From: Phoronis australis
Lineage: Eukaryota; Animalia; Phoronida
DNA: 54,230 nucleotides
Reading direction: 5' to 3'
Assembly: GCA_002633005.1 (NCBI GenBank)
Contig: NMRA01000517.1
Coordinates: forward strand, 46,577 to 100,806
Made by a program: the position numbers and the translations under genes. Below the pieces are notes generated by a model. The model saw nothing but the letters and a program-made list of their open reading frames with translations. It was not told where the DNA came from and ran no database searches. This document shows positions 35,802 through 49,100 of this stretch, in pieces (within the stretch, counting starts at the first letter, position 1; every line of letters starts with the position of its first letter).

Positions 35802-36509
35802 CTTTTCATCAATGCCTGAAAAAACAGAACCAAACAATGCTTAATATACATACAAATAACTCTTTGAGGCAACTGAAGTGCCACAAAATGTGCCCCGCCC
35901 CCTTGTGGTCAGAAGTAGCCTATGAGAAATATTAAAATCAAGAGACAAAACTGGTATCTATTGGACATGCTACTCATATTTGGGGAGTGTTCACCCCCAC
36001 TGTGATTTTCAATGAATGGGCACAATTGATGAGTCATTTTTGTGGAAATTAAACAGAAGTTTTTAATTTAATGTACGAAATATGAAAATGTTGGGTTTCT
36101 AACTATATCTCACAAAAGAAATATGTTACATGGAAAAATATCCATGGAAGAGTGACTTTTATCCAAGTTCCCGACAATGAAAATGGCCCCTCTGTGCACT
36201 TCCTTGTCCACTACTCCTGTAAAAAGGAGAGATTTTAACATAAGTTTCTATTTTTCAGCTCCAAAAAAGTGGAGTCCTTCCCCAGTAACTTTGAATGTTG
36301 TATCTAGACAAACTTGGTAACCGCAGTGTACAACGATATCAGGAAGAGTTTTAACACACGTTTTTGTGTCAGTACTAGAACTCAGATATAGCCACTTGTT
36401 AATTGTCACGTTTATTAGCAAACTTTTTCTTTGAGTAGTTTCCAAAATTGGAAACTCACCATTTTTTAAAAAAATGCGCACGGCAGGTGGTATGATGTCA
36501 TATCCCCTG

Positions 36510-36755
36510 GCGTGCGCAGTGTAAAAATTGCCAGTTACTGTACCGACTTTGGGAACTGTATGAGGGACTGCTCGAAGAAAAAGTTTGATAATGGGAGTAT
36601 TTGTTGGAGTTGGAAGGAAATAAATACATCGACAGCCTCCTAAGGTGTCCTGCTATGTGTAAAAGTTTTATGTGACTTTCACGTTTTAGTTACTGTAAGG
36701 CATAATTCGCCAAAACGCTTCCGGCGTATGAAGCTCCTATAGGAGCTAAACCGTC
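36510..36755. mobile_element. Older diverged copy of the long TIR of the 37235-38134 element
   Basis: Shares gggactgctcgaagaaaaagttt...gggagtatttgtt.gagttggaagga...cctcctaaggtgt...ggcataattcgcc...gcttccggcgta with 37850-38090. Confidence 0.75.
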
Positions 36756-37234
36756 TGTAGTTCAACTAACTCAGAACTTCTGCTCTACAGGGAATGTAAA
36801 ACTCCCAGGATGCAACGTAACTTCCGCGTGACGTCACTACCATAGATTTGCTAGAGTGCATTCACTACACATGGAAGGTTACGAATAAATGTGGAATAAT
36901 TGATGCCATGAATTTACGTGACAAATCGGCAATTTCTGTTGGGCACATTGGCAGTACGCATCACCTTTTTGGGAAGATTTTTGTGCTCTGACCATGAATT
37001 TGTTGCGAACTCACTGGAGCAGGACACGTACCGTAAATGCTATCAGAAGAAAGAACGATTGCTCATGGTTTGATGAACCCGTTTTGCATAAATTTATTGA
37101 GTTTTGTATTTGAAATAGACGGCTGAAGTGAAGCACAAGTGAAATTCCTAGTCCCGAGTGTCATACCTTGTAGTAATATAGTGCACTGGACTGGAGACGA
37201 TCAGAACGACAAAGAAGCTGAGCTGAGGACGCCT

Positions 37235-38134
37235 TAGGCAATGACCATCGCCTCTGTTGGCCCGAAGCAGAGGCGATGTAGAGGCTATAGGCGCTCTGTA
37301 CGCCGGAAGCTTTTCGGCGAATTATGCCTCGCACCGACTAAACCATCAAAGTCACGTTGTTACAAATACCTTTTGCGCATAGAGGAACACCTTAGGAGGT
37401 TGTCGATGTGTTTAATTCCTTCCAACTCGAACAAATACTCCCGTTATGAAACTTTTTCTTCGAGCAGTCCCTATTTCAGTTCCCAAAATCGTGAACTCAA
37501 CTTTTTCATTTTTTTAACCAGGCCGAAGGTCAGAAGTTGCGGACCTACCGGCGAACTTTGAAAGCTGAAGTTCCCGCCCTTCGCGTACGTGCTGCCGGGA
37601 ACCAGCCGTGCATTTGCCGTGTTGTTAAACATTAAAATGTCAAATATGTGCAAAAAGACTATTAAATGTCATATCAACAGCATTTGTTTTTATCAAATAC
37701 AAACAATGATTCATTGAAATACAATCAGTTTCAAGTAACGCCAATTAAAGACAAGTATAAGTGGTGGCATTTTGGAAACGAACATTTGACTGCCAAGACC
37801 GCAATGGCTCACCTTTGGCCTATTTAAAGATTGAGGTCATGAATTGGAGCGTGCGCAGTATAAAAAAGTTGAGTTCACGATTTTGGGAACTGAAATAGGG
37901 ACTGCTCGAAGAAAAAGTTTCATAACGGGAGTATTTGTTCGAGTTGGAAGGAATTAAACACATCGACAACCTCCTAAGGTGTTCCTCTATGCGCAAAAGG
38001 TATTTGTAACAACGTGACTTTGATGGTTTAGTCGGTGCGAGGCATAATTCGCCGAAAAGCTTCCGGCGTACAGAGCGCCTATAGCCTCTACATCGCCTCT
38101 GCTTCGGGCCAACAGAGGCGATGGTCATTGCCTA
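37235..38134. mobile_element. Young 900-bp non-autonomous DNA transposon with ~272-bp TIRs and 9-bp TSD (Mutator- or AcademH-like)
   Basis: 37235-37506 is the reverse complement of 37863-38134 (the ORF track gives an identical peptide on both strands); TSD aggacgcct at 37226-37234 and 38135-38143; termini TAGGC...GCCTA. Confidence 0.9.
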
Positions 38135-38258
38135 AGGACGCCTGTGCTGTGGGTTTGACGTTAGTTTTGTTGTAGATGTGCTTCCGGTGGGTCGGAGCAG
38201 CTAAGTTTCACTCACTCACCATATAAATATTCATGGATAATTAATTCAATCTACTTAC

Positions 38259-38440
38259 CCAACTGGCGATTGCAAGCTTGTAAATTACAAATAGTCCTTA
38301 ATCTTTTTAATCTGACTTTCCTTCCGATTTCGCAATGGTGGACAACTGATGGTCACATGATCTCATCATGGAATCTTCCAAACTACCAAACGATTCAAGC
38401 TAGTGACATGTTTTGGTTGGCTATTTCTTGCAGAAATTAT
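38259..38440. promoter_or_regulatory. Putative bidirectional promoter and divergent non-coding first exons of WDSUB1 (-) and the C21orf58-like gene (+)
   Basis: Minus-strand donor G|GTAAGT at 38258 and plus-strand donor T|GTGAGT at 38441, facing outward ~180 bp apart between two divergent genes. Confidence 0.55.
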
Positions 38441-38856
38441 GTGAGTATTGCATTGTTTTCTGCACTGTGCCTGTATTTTTAAACATTTTCATCTTCAAGA
38501 AATTTGAAACGTCGTTGAAATATTTCTTATATGCATCCAACACCCTCTATCTGTGAAATGAGACATACCGTGAGTTGTTGACTAAGTTGACATTGCGTTC
38601 AGCACCTCAGGTGCATGTTGCAGATTTAAGTTACTGTACGTTAACAACAAATTTACGGTGGGCTAGATGTGGTTAACCCTAGATGTCAAGTGATGAGCAA
38701 CATTTCGTATCTATTGCACGCGCTTCTACTGGTGATTTGCTTCGTAATATTTCACTCTGCTGTATTAGCGACATCTGGTGGCTGTGTGAACTGTCTTTGG
38801 ATTAGGCTTACTACACATGGCATAATTATATAGTTATTATTAGGTATAACCAACCC

Positions 38857-39010
38857 ATAGGCCCTCCATACGCCGAAAGCTTTTCGGTGAATTATGCCGC
38901 AATCACAACCATAAAAGTCATGTTTATATATAGTACCTTTTGCGTATAAAGGGATTGTGATGTCGTTGAGGATCATAAATCTTCTGGCCTGCACTGCTAC
39001 ATCTTTTTTT
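38857..39010. mobile_element. Diverged fragment of the same long-TIR family
   Basis: tacgccgaaagcttttcggtgaattatgccgc...aaagtcatgtt...accttttgcgtata resembles 37287-37385. Confidence 0.65.
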
Positions 39011-40159
39011 CGAACAATCATCTTAGCCTCAATGATGGGTTCATTAAGTGCAAACTAGGTTTAAGCAGTTATCCACCTAAGCCAGAGAAATCGGAATAGA
39101 ATTGTTAACTTAGAGTTGATCTGCAGATTAATAAATCCAGTGGTTACTGGTACGTCCTATTTCAGTTATGTTTTACTGACATGCAATCAATCTCTCAATT
39201 AAAGTGTACCTCATTAAAATCTTATCACCTGATTTGTTTTTTGAATTTTACCAAGGTGACTGGTGTTTAGTGCTCGGATTCAGTACTAATTTAAAGGAAT
39301 TAACACGTCATATGGTCATGGTTAAGGAATTGTTTTAACAAAATTTGCGCGCCTTCTGTTGGCAGGGTGAACAGTCATGCCCAAAATGAATTTTTCATCT
39401 CAAATTTGTTATTTGGCAGGATGAGAAATTTTTGTACCAGTCACAAACTAAAAAACTGAATAGATGTTGACTGAGATATTGGAATCATTCAGTAACAATC
39501 AACAGCTGCGACTACTAGCTACTACATGCTAATAAAGCTTCATAACAGACCCGAGCACAACATTTGATGGTGGACAAACCTGATCACCACAAACTTATAA
39601 ATATGAATATAAATATGTGGATGCATAAACAGATTTTATGCGCTGCGTCTCTATTTTATCAGTTCTGGAGTAGCTAGCATATAAGAAAAGATCGTAGTTT
39701 AGTAATTAATTTTTGAAATTGACTCGGAAATAATTTAAGAAATTGAAGTTGCAAATTGTGCTTGGCATTAAACTGGGACCAGCCTTTTCGTTGGAATGGA
39801 ACATTCAGTGAGACTGCTGACTACCTAACATTGACATGAGTCTGCTCCAGTAGAAGTGAAGTCTAACCTCTCTGTGCTTCACATACATTGATATTGACTC
39901 AAGTGGTGATTCTGCTGTGGTTAGAAAACAGCATCAAATCACTGTTGGCACATGCAGTTTGCATATCTTGTTCGATGGACATTTCGAGACGCCTAGAGAA
40001 CTTTGATCTGCTTAAGTGAAGACGACTTGTGAACAGATCGAGTTCTCTAATGAACTCTTGTCATCTGTAATTTTAATGCGACTGGCCTTTCAACATCACC
40101 TCATAGTCAATATAAATTTCTGTTGTTTTTTCAAAGTGTTCTGTGCTGTGCTTTAAATT

Positions 40160-40395
40160 TGGAACTTGTGGGTCACCCGTCCTATACTACTCATGGGACT
40201 GGTGGGGACCCCTCCTGTAGTACTGAGGGCCTGGAACTAGTGGAGATCGACCCCTGTAGTGCTGAGAGCCTTGAATTGGTGGAGACCTCTGTTGTCAGTA
40301 CTTAAGAAGGCCTGGAACCGTGACTGGTGGGAGCCCCTCCTGTAGTACTGAGGTCCTGGAACTGGTGAAGACACCTCTTGTACAGTTCTGAGGCA
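40160..40395. repeat. Degenerate ~38-bp tandem repeat (ggaactggtggggacccctcctgtagtactgagggcct)
   Basis: About 6 diverged copies. Confidence 0.7.
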
Positions 40396-43067
40396 TTGGA
40401 TTTGTCAAGTTTTCATAAGCTTCAAGTTTTATTCAACACATACTTACCTATCAGGTCATTTTCGGTGTTCTAAATCTTCGATTTGTACATTTTTAAGCGG
40501 TTTTTAGATCATTCAGAGTTGACCATGTCAACTAACTTGACATACTGATGAAACTGACGGGGGCTTGTTAAGTAGTCATGGCAACACAAACTGTGCAGCA
40601 GCCATCAGAAAGGAATGGAATTGAATGTAAGAGATCTGTTGTCAAGGGAGAGTGCTACTAGTGCTGGCAGTGATGCACACTTATCAACACTATGCCCTAC
40701 CAGATGTGACACTGGAACCAGTAAGTATATCTTTTAGTGGATGATTACCCTCAAATTTTATTCATTGTTTTAATTCTCACGGATTTTGTAATTCTTGTAA
40801 TACTTGTAATACTTTGATATTACCTCAGATCTAGACCAATACAAAGGGCGAGCTGAATAGGCATCATAAAAGTTGTTGGGGCTTAGAGAATCTGACGAAC
40901 AGTGTAAATGAGAAATTATCCACATGTTAACTGAGTTAAATTGCCATCCGGGCTTCATCTGTACTGACACACGCAGACACACTTGTCATTGTGTATCTAT
41001 GTATTTTAGTGGTCATGTTGGAATCTATGTATTCATTAACTTAACCCTCTTTAGTTTTATTTATTATTTGGTTCTCACCTCTGGCATGTCATAATTTTAA
41101 TTTCTGAAGTATTAAATACATTATCTAATCTATAACAGTTACAAGTTTCATATCTTGTTACTAAACTTTGTCTCATGGGAATCTGCTGTTTAAATTGAGA
41201 GACTTGATGTTATCTGATTTGTTTGAAGTTGTTGATTAAACTGAAATAACAGGCTCCTTACTCTGTTGCTTGGTGATTTTAGCAAGGTCAAATTTTGGTC
41301 TCAAACAGTTTCATTTGAGCGCTGACGTTATTGCCTGCGGATCGTCACATTCATCACGAAGGTAAGATGTGCCATTTTCATTGATATTTTCCTGAGTTTT
41401 TAGGCCAGTCATAAATATATGCTTGCATTTTCTTCTTCTTTCAACCATGCAGCTGTCATGATGTTTTGTAAACCTCCTTGATTGAGACTCGCTGAAGTTC
41501 TGTTAAATATTGAGATCTAAAGTAAGCAAGGAATTTTAGAAGAGTTCTAATTAAAACATTTTTTAAAATTTATGACACTACTTATAGTACATGCGTCAAT
41601 CACTTGAAACAAACTAACAATTTGAATATTTACACATTAAGTCAACACAAAATTTTTAGAAACCAGGGAATAAGTTTTTAAAGTGCCAGAAAATTTGTTC
41701 GACAGACCTACACGTACATATTGTGATATAGTGGTGTTGAAAGTTGGTGAAAAAGTTGACTTACTCATGCTTGATAGTTGTAGGTATAGGTAGGCTTGCA
41801 GATAGGATACAACGTTCTGAAGAGTAAAGATTTCCTTATAAGCAATGAATTCATGACTGACAGTTCTAGTAAACTAAAATCAACCGGGTTGATTTTAGTT
41901 ATAAATAAAACCATTTTCATATGTACTCCAGCTAGCAACTGACATGGTGGGCAATATGTGTTCATAACTAAGGATTCCTTAGTATCATGAAAGGGAACAG
42001 TCCATTATTTTCTTCACATAGTGTAAACTGGTAATTACAGAACACTAGTTCACCCCTGTCTGAAAAGTCCAACAACCTACTTGCACTGAATGCCTAGTAG
42101 GTAGACTGTTTTGTTTGTGTGTCTGCCTGAGTTGACATGAAAGACAACCTGTCTATTGAAATGTATTCACTAGTGATTATGATAAACTTGTTATATTTTC
42201 TTTCACTCCATTCATTGGCTGGTCACTTATCAACATACTCCTCTATTCATTCTCCTTGCTGGTATCAAGGCCAAGCTGGTTGAGACAGTCATTGTGTTGA
42301 ATGAAGCACTGTAATGTAACAAGTTTACTGTGAGTTTAATGAAGTTCTGTCACTTGGTAAATACTGCTTTTGTGAGAATTAGATAGTGTCTTTGTGATAC
42401 TTTGTGAGATGACCTCTGTGCCAGTGTCACAGGAAGTGGCAGTGATGTTGTCTATTGGACTAATGTGTAGATTTTAAATTGAATCTGTTACCAACAAGGA
42501 TTGTGTTTTATTTGCTATCAACATATTATTGCATAGGAGTATATTGACTATTTCGAAATTATTCATTTTACTGTCATGCAATAAATTCTTCATAGCTATT
42601 GAATACATAATACTGGACTGTACTGTATGTATGGCATGCCTGTCTGTTACCTGTGACAGATTATTGGTTTAGGTGTGTGTTTTCTCATCATGCGATAACA
42701 ACTGTAACAACGAACATAGTGTTTTTTAAACTGTTTGATTATAATACTCATCTCATTTTGAGATATGTGAATCAGTTGTCCAAATTTGCATCTACAAGAT
42801 TGTTATTACTTATGAATAATTATGGTTGCATCGAATAACGATTCATTTATATGTTGAGTATGCTTTTTTATTCACTCTGTTGATGAATGTTTTTTATTTA
42901 CAGATTTTGGAAAACAGTGTTTCATGAAGAACTGCTTCACTTTGAGTATCATTGGAAGTGTGTTGTGATCATGCAAGGTTGAGTCATATAATGTAAGACA
43001 GGCTCATGACAACACAGCTTGTCTTGTGTTTGTTATTTGGGGACGTGTCTACATGTAAGCAGTTACT

Positions 43068-43130
43068 ATGGCAACAAGTGACAGTATCAATGATCACATG
43101 ACTAGATTGAGGCTAAAGATGGTGGAGCAG
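43068..43130 (+). CDS. C21orf58-like coding exon (start)
   Basis: MATSDSINDHMTRLRLKMVEQ; CAG|GTTTGT donor; exon probably begins at the 42904 acceptor. Confidence 0.72.
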
Positions 43131-46100
43131 GTTTGTTAATAGAAAATTTCTGCATTTAGTTATTAACTTATTCAAAACAAATCTTAAGTTATATGTGTAT
43201 TAATTCACAAATTTTGGCAAATGCGCAAATATGTTCACTTATTAATTAATTCAAAACAATTATTGGCACATGTAAAAATATATTAACTAATTCAGAACAA
43301 ATCAAAATATAGTTTTAAGGTCCAAAGATTACTCAAAATGTCTTAAAAGTCTGTTTTTAGTTGGCCATGTGGAGTGATATTTTAAGCAATGGTTTTGTGG
43401 TATTTACAAGCATGCATGGTGAACATACAGAAGGTGATCACACCCCATCACATGGGATGTACAGTTGTCAAAGTAACCATTCCAGGGAACTCTGTTTCAG
43501 AAACTTGCTAAAGAAAGGGCTAGACAGAGATCTGAACCAGAAGGTATATATTAATGAAACAATTACTGTTCTTAAGGTTATCTTTAGAAGCGATTTGCAA
43601 ACATACATTCTTTACTTAGGGTAAGGTGGTAAAATGAACATTTCATGGTATTACAGTGAATTTCCTGCGTTTGGAGTGATGAAACATCTGAACAATATCA
43701 GGTACATCCCTTTCTCATGGCAATGGGCTGTGCTGAAAATTTGTCGTCGATTGTATTCATCGTGATTTACCATTTTAGTGCACTCTCAAAAACGTGTGGT
43801 TGCAAAAAGTCATAGTCAGTGTCCTGTTCCTCCGACGGTTTGTCTGTCAATTTTCTCAGGCACCAGATGCATTGTAATGAGGTCAAAAGTTGTAAATTGA
43901 AAATGACCAATTATTTTCTGCTTTTGGAAGCATGTGCATAGTTGATATGGTAATCTGTTTAGTTCCGTGATGCTAGGACATGTGCCAGCTTCATAAAACG
44001 TTGATTTGAATGAATTTTGTCTGTTTGAACTAATGGTCGTGTAAGTGAATAAACCACCAGCATATGGCTTAATTGTCTCCAATTTGTAGTAGTTGCTTGT
44101 GATGTAATCTAATTACTTTACATCCCTATTCATGGACCTTGTGATGTAATCTAATTACTTTACATCCCTATTTATGGACCTTGTGATGTAATCTAATTAC
44201 TTTACATCTTTATTTATGGACCTTGCGATGTAATCTAATTACTTTACATCCCTATTTATGGACCTTGTGATGTAATCTAATTACTTTACATCCCTATTTA
44301 TGGACCTTGGGATGTAATCTAATTACTTTACATCCCTATTTATGGACCTTGTGATGTAATCTAATTACTTTACATCCCTTTTTATGGACCTTGTGATGTA
44401 ATCTAATTACTTTACATCCCTATTTATGGACCTTGTGATGTAATCTAATTACTTTACATCCCTATTTATGGACCTTGTGATGTAATCTAATTACTTTACA
44501 TCCCTATTTATGGACCTTGTGATGTAATCTAATTACTTTACATCCCTATTTATGGACCTTGTGATGTAATCTAATTACTTTACATCCCTATTTATGGACC
44601 TTGTGATGTAATCTAATTACTTTACATCCCTATTTATGGACCTTGTGATGTAATCTAATTACTTTACATCCCTATTTATGGNTTGATAGAGTTTAGTACT
44701 TTGTGTACTATTTATATAAAGTCTACATAGCCTTGTCAATCCATCTGCTTTTGATAGAGTTTAGTACTTTGTGTACTATTTATATAAAGTCTACATAGCC
44801 TTGTCAATCCATCTGCTTTTGATAGAGTTTAGTACTTTGTGTACTATTTATATAAAGTCTACATAGCCTTGTCAATCCATCTGCTTTTGATAGAGTTTAG
44901 TACTTTGTGTACTATTTATATAAAGTCTACATAGCCTTGTCAATCCATCTGCTTTTGATAGAGTTTAGTACTTTGTGTACTATTTATATAAAGTCTACAT
45001 AGCCTTGTCAATCCATCTGCTTTTGATAGAGTTTAGTACTTTGTGTACTATTTATATAAAGTCTACATAGCCTTGTCAATCCATCTGCTTTTGATAGAGT
45101 TTAGTACTTTGTGTACTATTTATATAAAGTCTACATAGCCTTGTCAATCCATCTGCTTTTGATAGAGTTTAGTACTTTGTGTACTATTTATATAAAGTCT
45201 ACATAGCCTTGTCAATCCATCTGCTTTTGATAGAGTTTAGTACTTTGTGTACTATTTATATAAAGTCTACATAGCCTTGTCAATCCATCTGCTTTTGATA
45301 GAGTTTAGTACTTTGTGTACTATTTATATAAAGTCTACATAGCCTTGTCAATCCATCTGCTTTTGATAGAGTTTAGTACTTTGTGTACTATTTATATAAA
45401 GTCTACATAGCCTTGTCAATCCATCTGCTTTTGATAGAGTTTAGTACTTTGTGTACTATTTATATAAAGTCTACATAGCCTTGTCAATCCATCTGCTTTT
45501 GATAGAGTTTAGTACTTTGTGTACTATTTATATAAAGTCTACATAGCCTTGTCAATCCATCTGCTTTTGATAGAGTTTAGTACTTTGTGTACTATTTATA
45601 TAAAGTCTACATAGCCTTGTCAATCCATCTGCTTTTGATAGAGTTTAGTACTTTGTGTACTATTTATATAAAGTCTACATAGCCTTGTCAATCCATCTGC
45701 TTTTGATAGAGTTTAGTACTTTGTGTACTATTTATATAAAGTCTACATAGCCTTGTCAATCCATCTGCTTTTGATAGAGTTTAGTACTTTGTGTACTATT
45801 TATATAAAGTCTACATAGCCTTGTCAATCCATCTGCTTTTGATAGAGTTTAGTACTTTGTGTACTATTTATATAAAGTCTACATAGCCTTGTCAATCCAT
45901 CTGCTTTTGATAGAGTTTAGTACTTTGTGTACTATTTATATAAAGTCTACATAGCCTTGTCAATCCATCTGCTTTTGATAGAGTTTAGTACTTTGTGTAC
46001 TATTTATATAAAGTCTACATAGCCTTGTCAATCCATCTGCTTTTGATAGAGTTTAGTACTTTGTGTACTATTTATATAAAGTCTACATAGCCTTGTCAAT

Positions 46101-49100
46101 CCATCTGCTTTTGATAGAGTTTAGTACTTTGTGTACTATTTATATAAAGTCTACATAGCCTTGTCAATCCATCTGCTTTTGATAGAGTTTAGTACTTTGT
46201 GTACTATTTATATAAAGTCTACATAGCCTTGTCAATCCATCTGCTTTTGATAGAGTTTAGTACTTTGTGTACTATTTATATAAAGTCTACATAGCCTTGT
46301 CAATCCATCTGCTTTTGATAGAGTTTAGTACTTTGTGTACTATTTATATAAAGTCTACATAGCCTTGTCAATCCATCTGCTTTTGATAGAGTTTAGTACT
46401 TTGTGTACTATTTATATAAAGTCTACATAGCCTTGTCAATCCATCTGCTTTTGATAGAGTTTAGTACTTTGTGTACTATTTATATAAAGTCTACATAGCC
46501 TTGTCAATCCATCTGCTTTTGATAGAGTTTAGTACTTTGTGTACTATTTATATAAAGTCTACATAGCCTTGTCAATCCATCTGCTTTTGATAGAGTTTAG
46601 TACTTTGTGTACTATTTATATAAAGTCTACATAGCCTTGTCAATCCATCTGCTTTTGATAGAGTTTAGTACTTTGTGTACTATTTATATAAAGTCTACAT
46701 AGCCTTGTCAATCCATCTGCTTTTGATAGAGTTTAGTACTTTGTGTACTATTTATATAAAGTCTACATAGCCTTGTCAATCCATCTGCTTTTGATAGAGT
46801 TTAGTACTTTGTGTACTATTTATATAAAGTCTACATAGCCTTGTCAATCCATCTGCTTTTGATAGAGTTTAGTACTTTGTGTACTATTTATATAAAGTCT
46901 ACATAGCCTTGTCAATCCATCTGCTTTTGATAGAGTTTAGTACTTTGTGTACTATTTATATAAAGTCTACATAGCCTTGTCAATCCATCTGCTTTTGATA
47001 GAGTTTAGTACTTTGTGTACTATTTATATAAAGTCTACATAGCCTTGTCAATCCATCTGCTTTTGATAGAGTTTAGTACTTTGTGTACTATTTATATAAA
47101 GTCTACATAGCCTTGTCAATCCATCTGCTTTTGATAGAGTTTAGTACTTTGTGTACTATTTATATAAAGTCTACATAGCCTTGTCAATCCATCTGCTTTT
47201 GATAGAGTTTAGTACTTTGTGTACTATTTATATAAAGTCTACATTGCCTTGCCAATCTGTCTGCTATTCACATGGAGATTCTTGTAACTGTGGCAGTTCT
47301 TCTACTTTCAATAGAGAGGCTGTGTATGCCTATATAATCTCATCAACTACTCTCTTCACCTTTGTGTTGTACAGATTACATGGAGATGATGATGATGGAG
47401 AATGCACAACTTCATCAACACATGATGAGACAAATGATGTACCAGTCTTTGCAACCACAACAAAACAACTCGCCCAAGTTCACCATACCTCTGATGGCCT
47501 TGCAACAAGCACACCAACAACCACAATATATACAGGTAAAGAGGAAATTAAAACCCACACCATTTGGTATGTTGGCATATTTGCAATTTCAAAGTCTGAA
47601 GGTTTAAGCAATGAGTTTAAACTGGGAAATTGGAAACAATTTTGTGTCCTCCTTTTGTTAAGAAGTTTTTGTTAAATGTATTCTTAATTGGCCTTGTTTC
47701 TGAATATTCTTTGGCTCAATTGGAATTATAATCAGGTTAACACTATTCCTCTTATCTATTGGTCAATTACACATAGAGTGAGCACTATATGGATGTGATG
47801 GCTCTTTCTGGTAGATTTTTAACTTATTTATGGAGTTGGCAATACTATGATCATGTGTGCAGTGTTCACCCTTACACTTCCAAACTGTGGTCCCATCTTC
47901 AGTAGGGGCTCTTCCAAACAGTGGGTCTATCTTAATTTGTTGGGGTTTGTCAAAACAAATAGACAAGACACAAAGCAGATGAGTTTTATGCTTAATTGGC
48001 ATTGATCTGTTTTAGCGTCTGTCAAAAGATGTCAAAACAACTCTTTGTAGTTTGCAGCGAACACTTAAGGAGGCACACTACAGTTATTACTGGGTTTTGG
48101 CTGCCGACACGCACCCAAGTGGAGGCGAGTCCTTGTCTCACGTCCTTATCGAGAGTCTGAAAAAACAGAAGGTTTTTTGGTGTTCCCAACTCAAAAGCAC
48201 TACTCATGGTAACTGAAACTTAATTCTGCTACAGATTTTTAATCAGCTTATTCACATCGGGAAAAATACCGACACACAAAAGTAAGACCAAAAACACCAA
48301 ATTTGACAGTTTACTCTCCAAATTTACTACTTCCCTGCAAGTGCTAGAAAAAATCAGACAACAGATTCAGAATGCCCTCTCTCTCTGGATTCTAAAAATG
48401 TAGCCATAGTAAGCCCCTTAACAGCTACTTTTTGGCAATTTTGATCTGTCTGACAGCCAACTGAAATTGCACCCGGTTCTCAGTCAGGAGGCAACAGGGG
48501 TTGAAAGCAAATGACAGCCACCATGCATGGAGAGTATGTCACGGCTAAAAAACTCTCATTCAAAAACACAAGTAAATCAGTTTCCTGGCCATTGTATTCA
48601 ACAAATTGCTCAAACCACCTGCCAAACCTGCCCACATGCCCTGTATTTAACTTCTAAGGACTAGTGAATGTCTGTTCAGTGCTACCTAAGCAGTGACTGA
48701 TCTCGGCACTCAAGTCTCGACTATTTGAACTATATCTGCTCTTTCTTGAACTATATTCCTAATCTCTCTCTGCTCCAGATGCCTGACCGTCGTCCACCAT
48801 CTGTCCATCATCACCACTATACAACGACCCAACATGTGGAGCCTACAAGACCCTACATCAATCATGTGACTCATCTTCCTCCGTTGGAGTACGTAGCATA
48901 AGCCATCCATGTTTCCTCACATATCATTTTGGCCTGTCACATGCCAACTTTTAAGTCCAAGTATGAAGTTGGGTTCTCAAAAATCTTTCTGATGTCTTTT
49001 TGTGAACAATGTTTAACCTAGGTAGGCCAATTAAAATTTCATTTTGACTACCAGAACCGTTTAATCTGTGAACCACTCACTTGTATAAAAAGGTGTTGTA

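Noticed and set aside
37241-38128. Identical MTIASVGPKQRR ORFs on opposite strands, suggesting duplicated genes
   Set aside because: A by-product of the long TIRs; the peptides diverge exactly where the TIR ends and show no recognisable domain.
44096-47262. Regular arrays resembling CRISPR
   Set aside because: Units are contiguous with no unique spacers, there are no cas genes, and the context is a eukaryotic intron; these are satellites.
47151-47675. 174-aa ORF with an apparent hydrophobic N-terminus
   Set aside because: It starts inside the satellite and overlaps the real DUF4587 exon in another frame.
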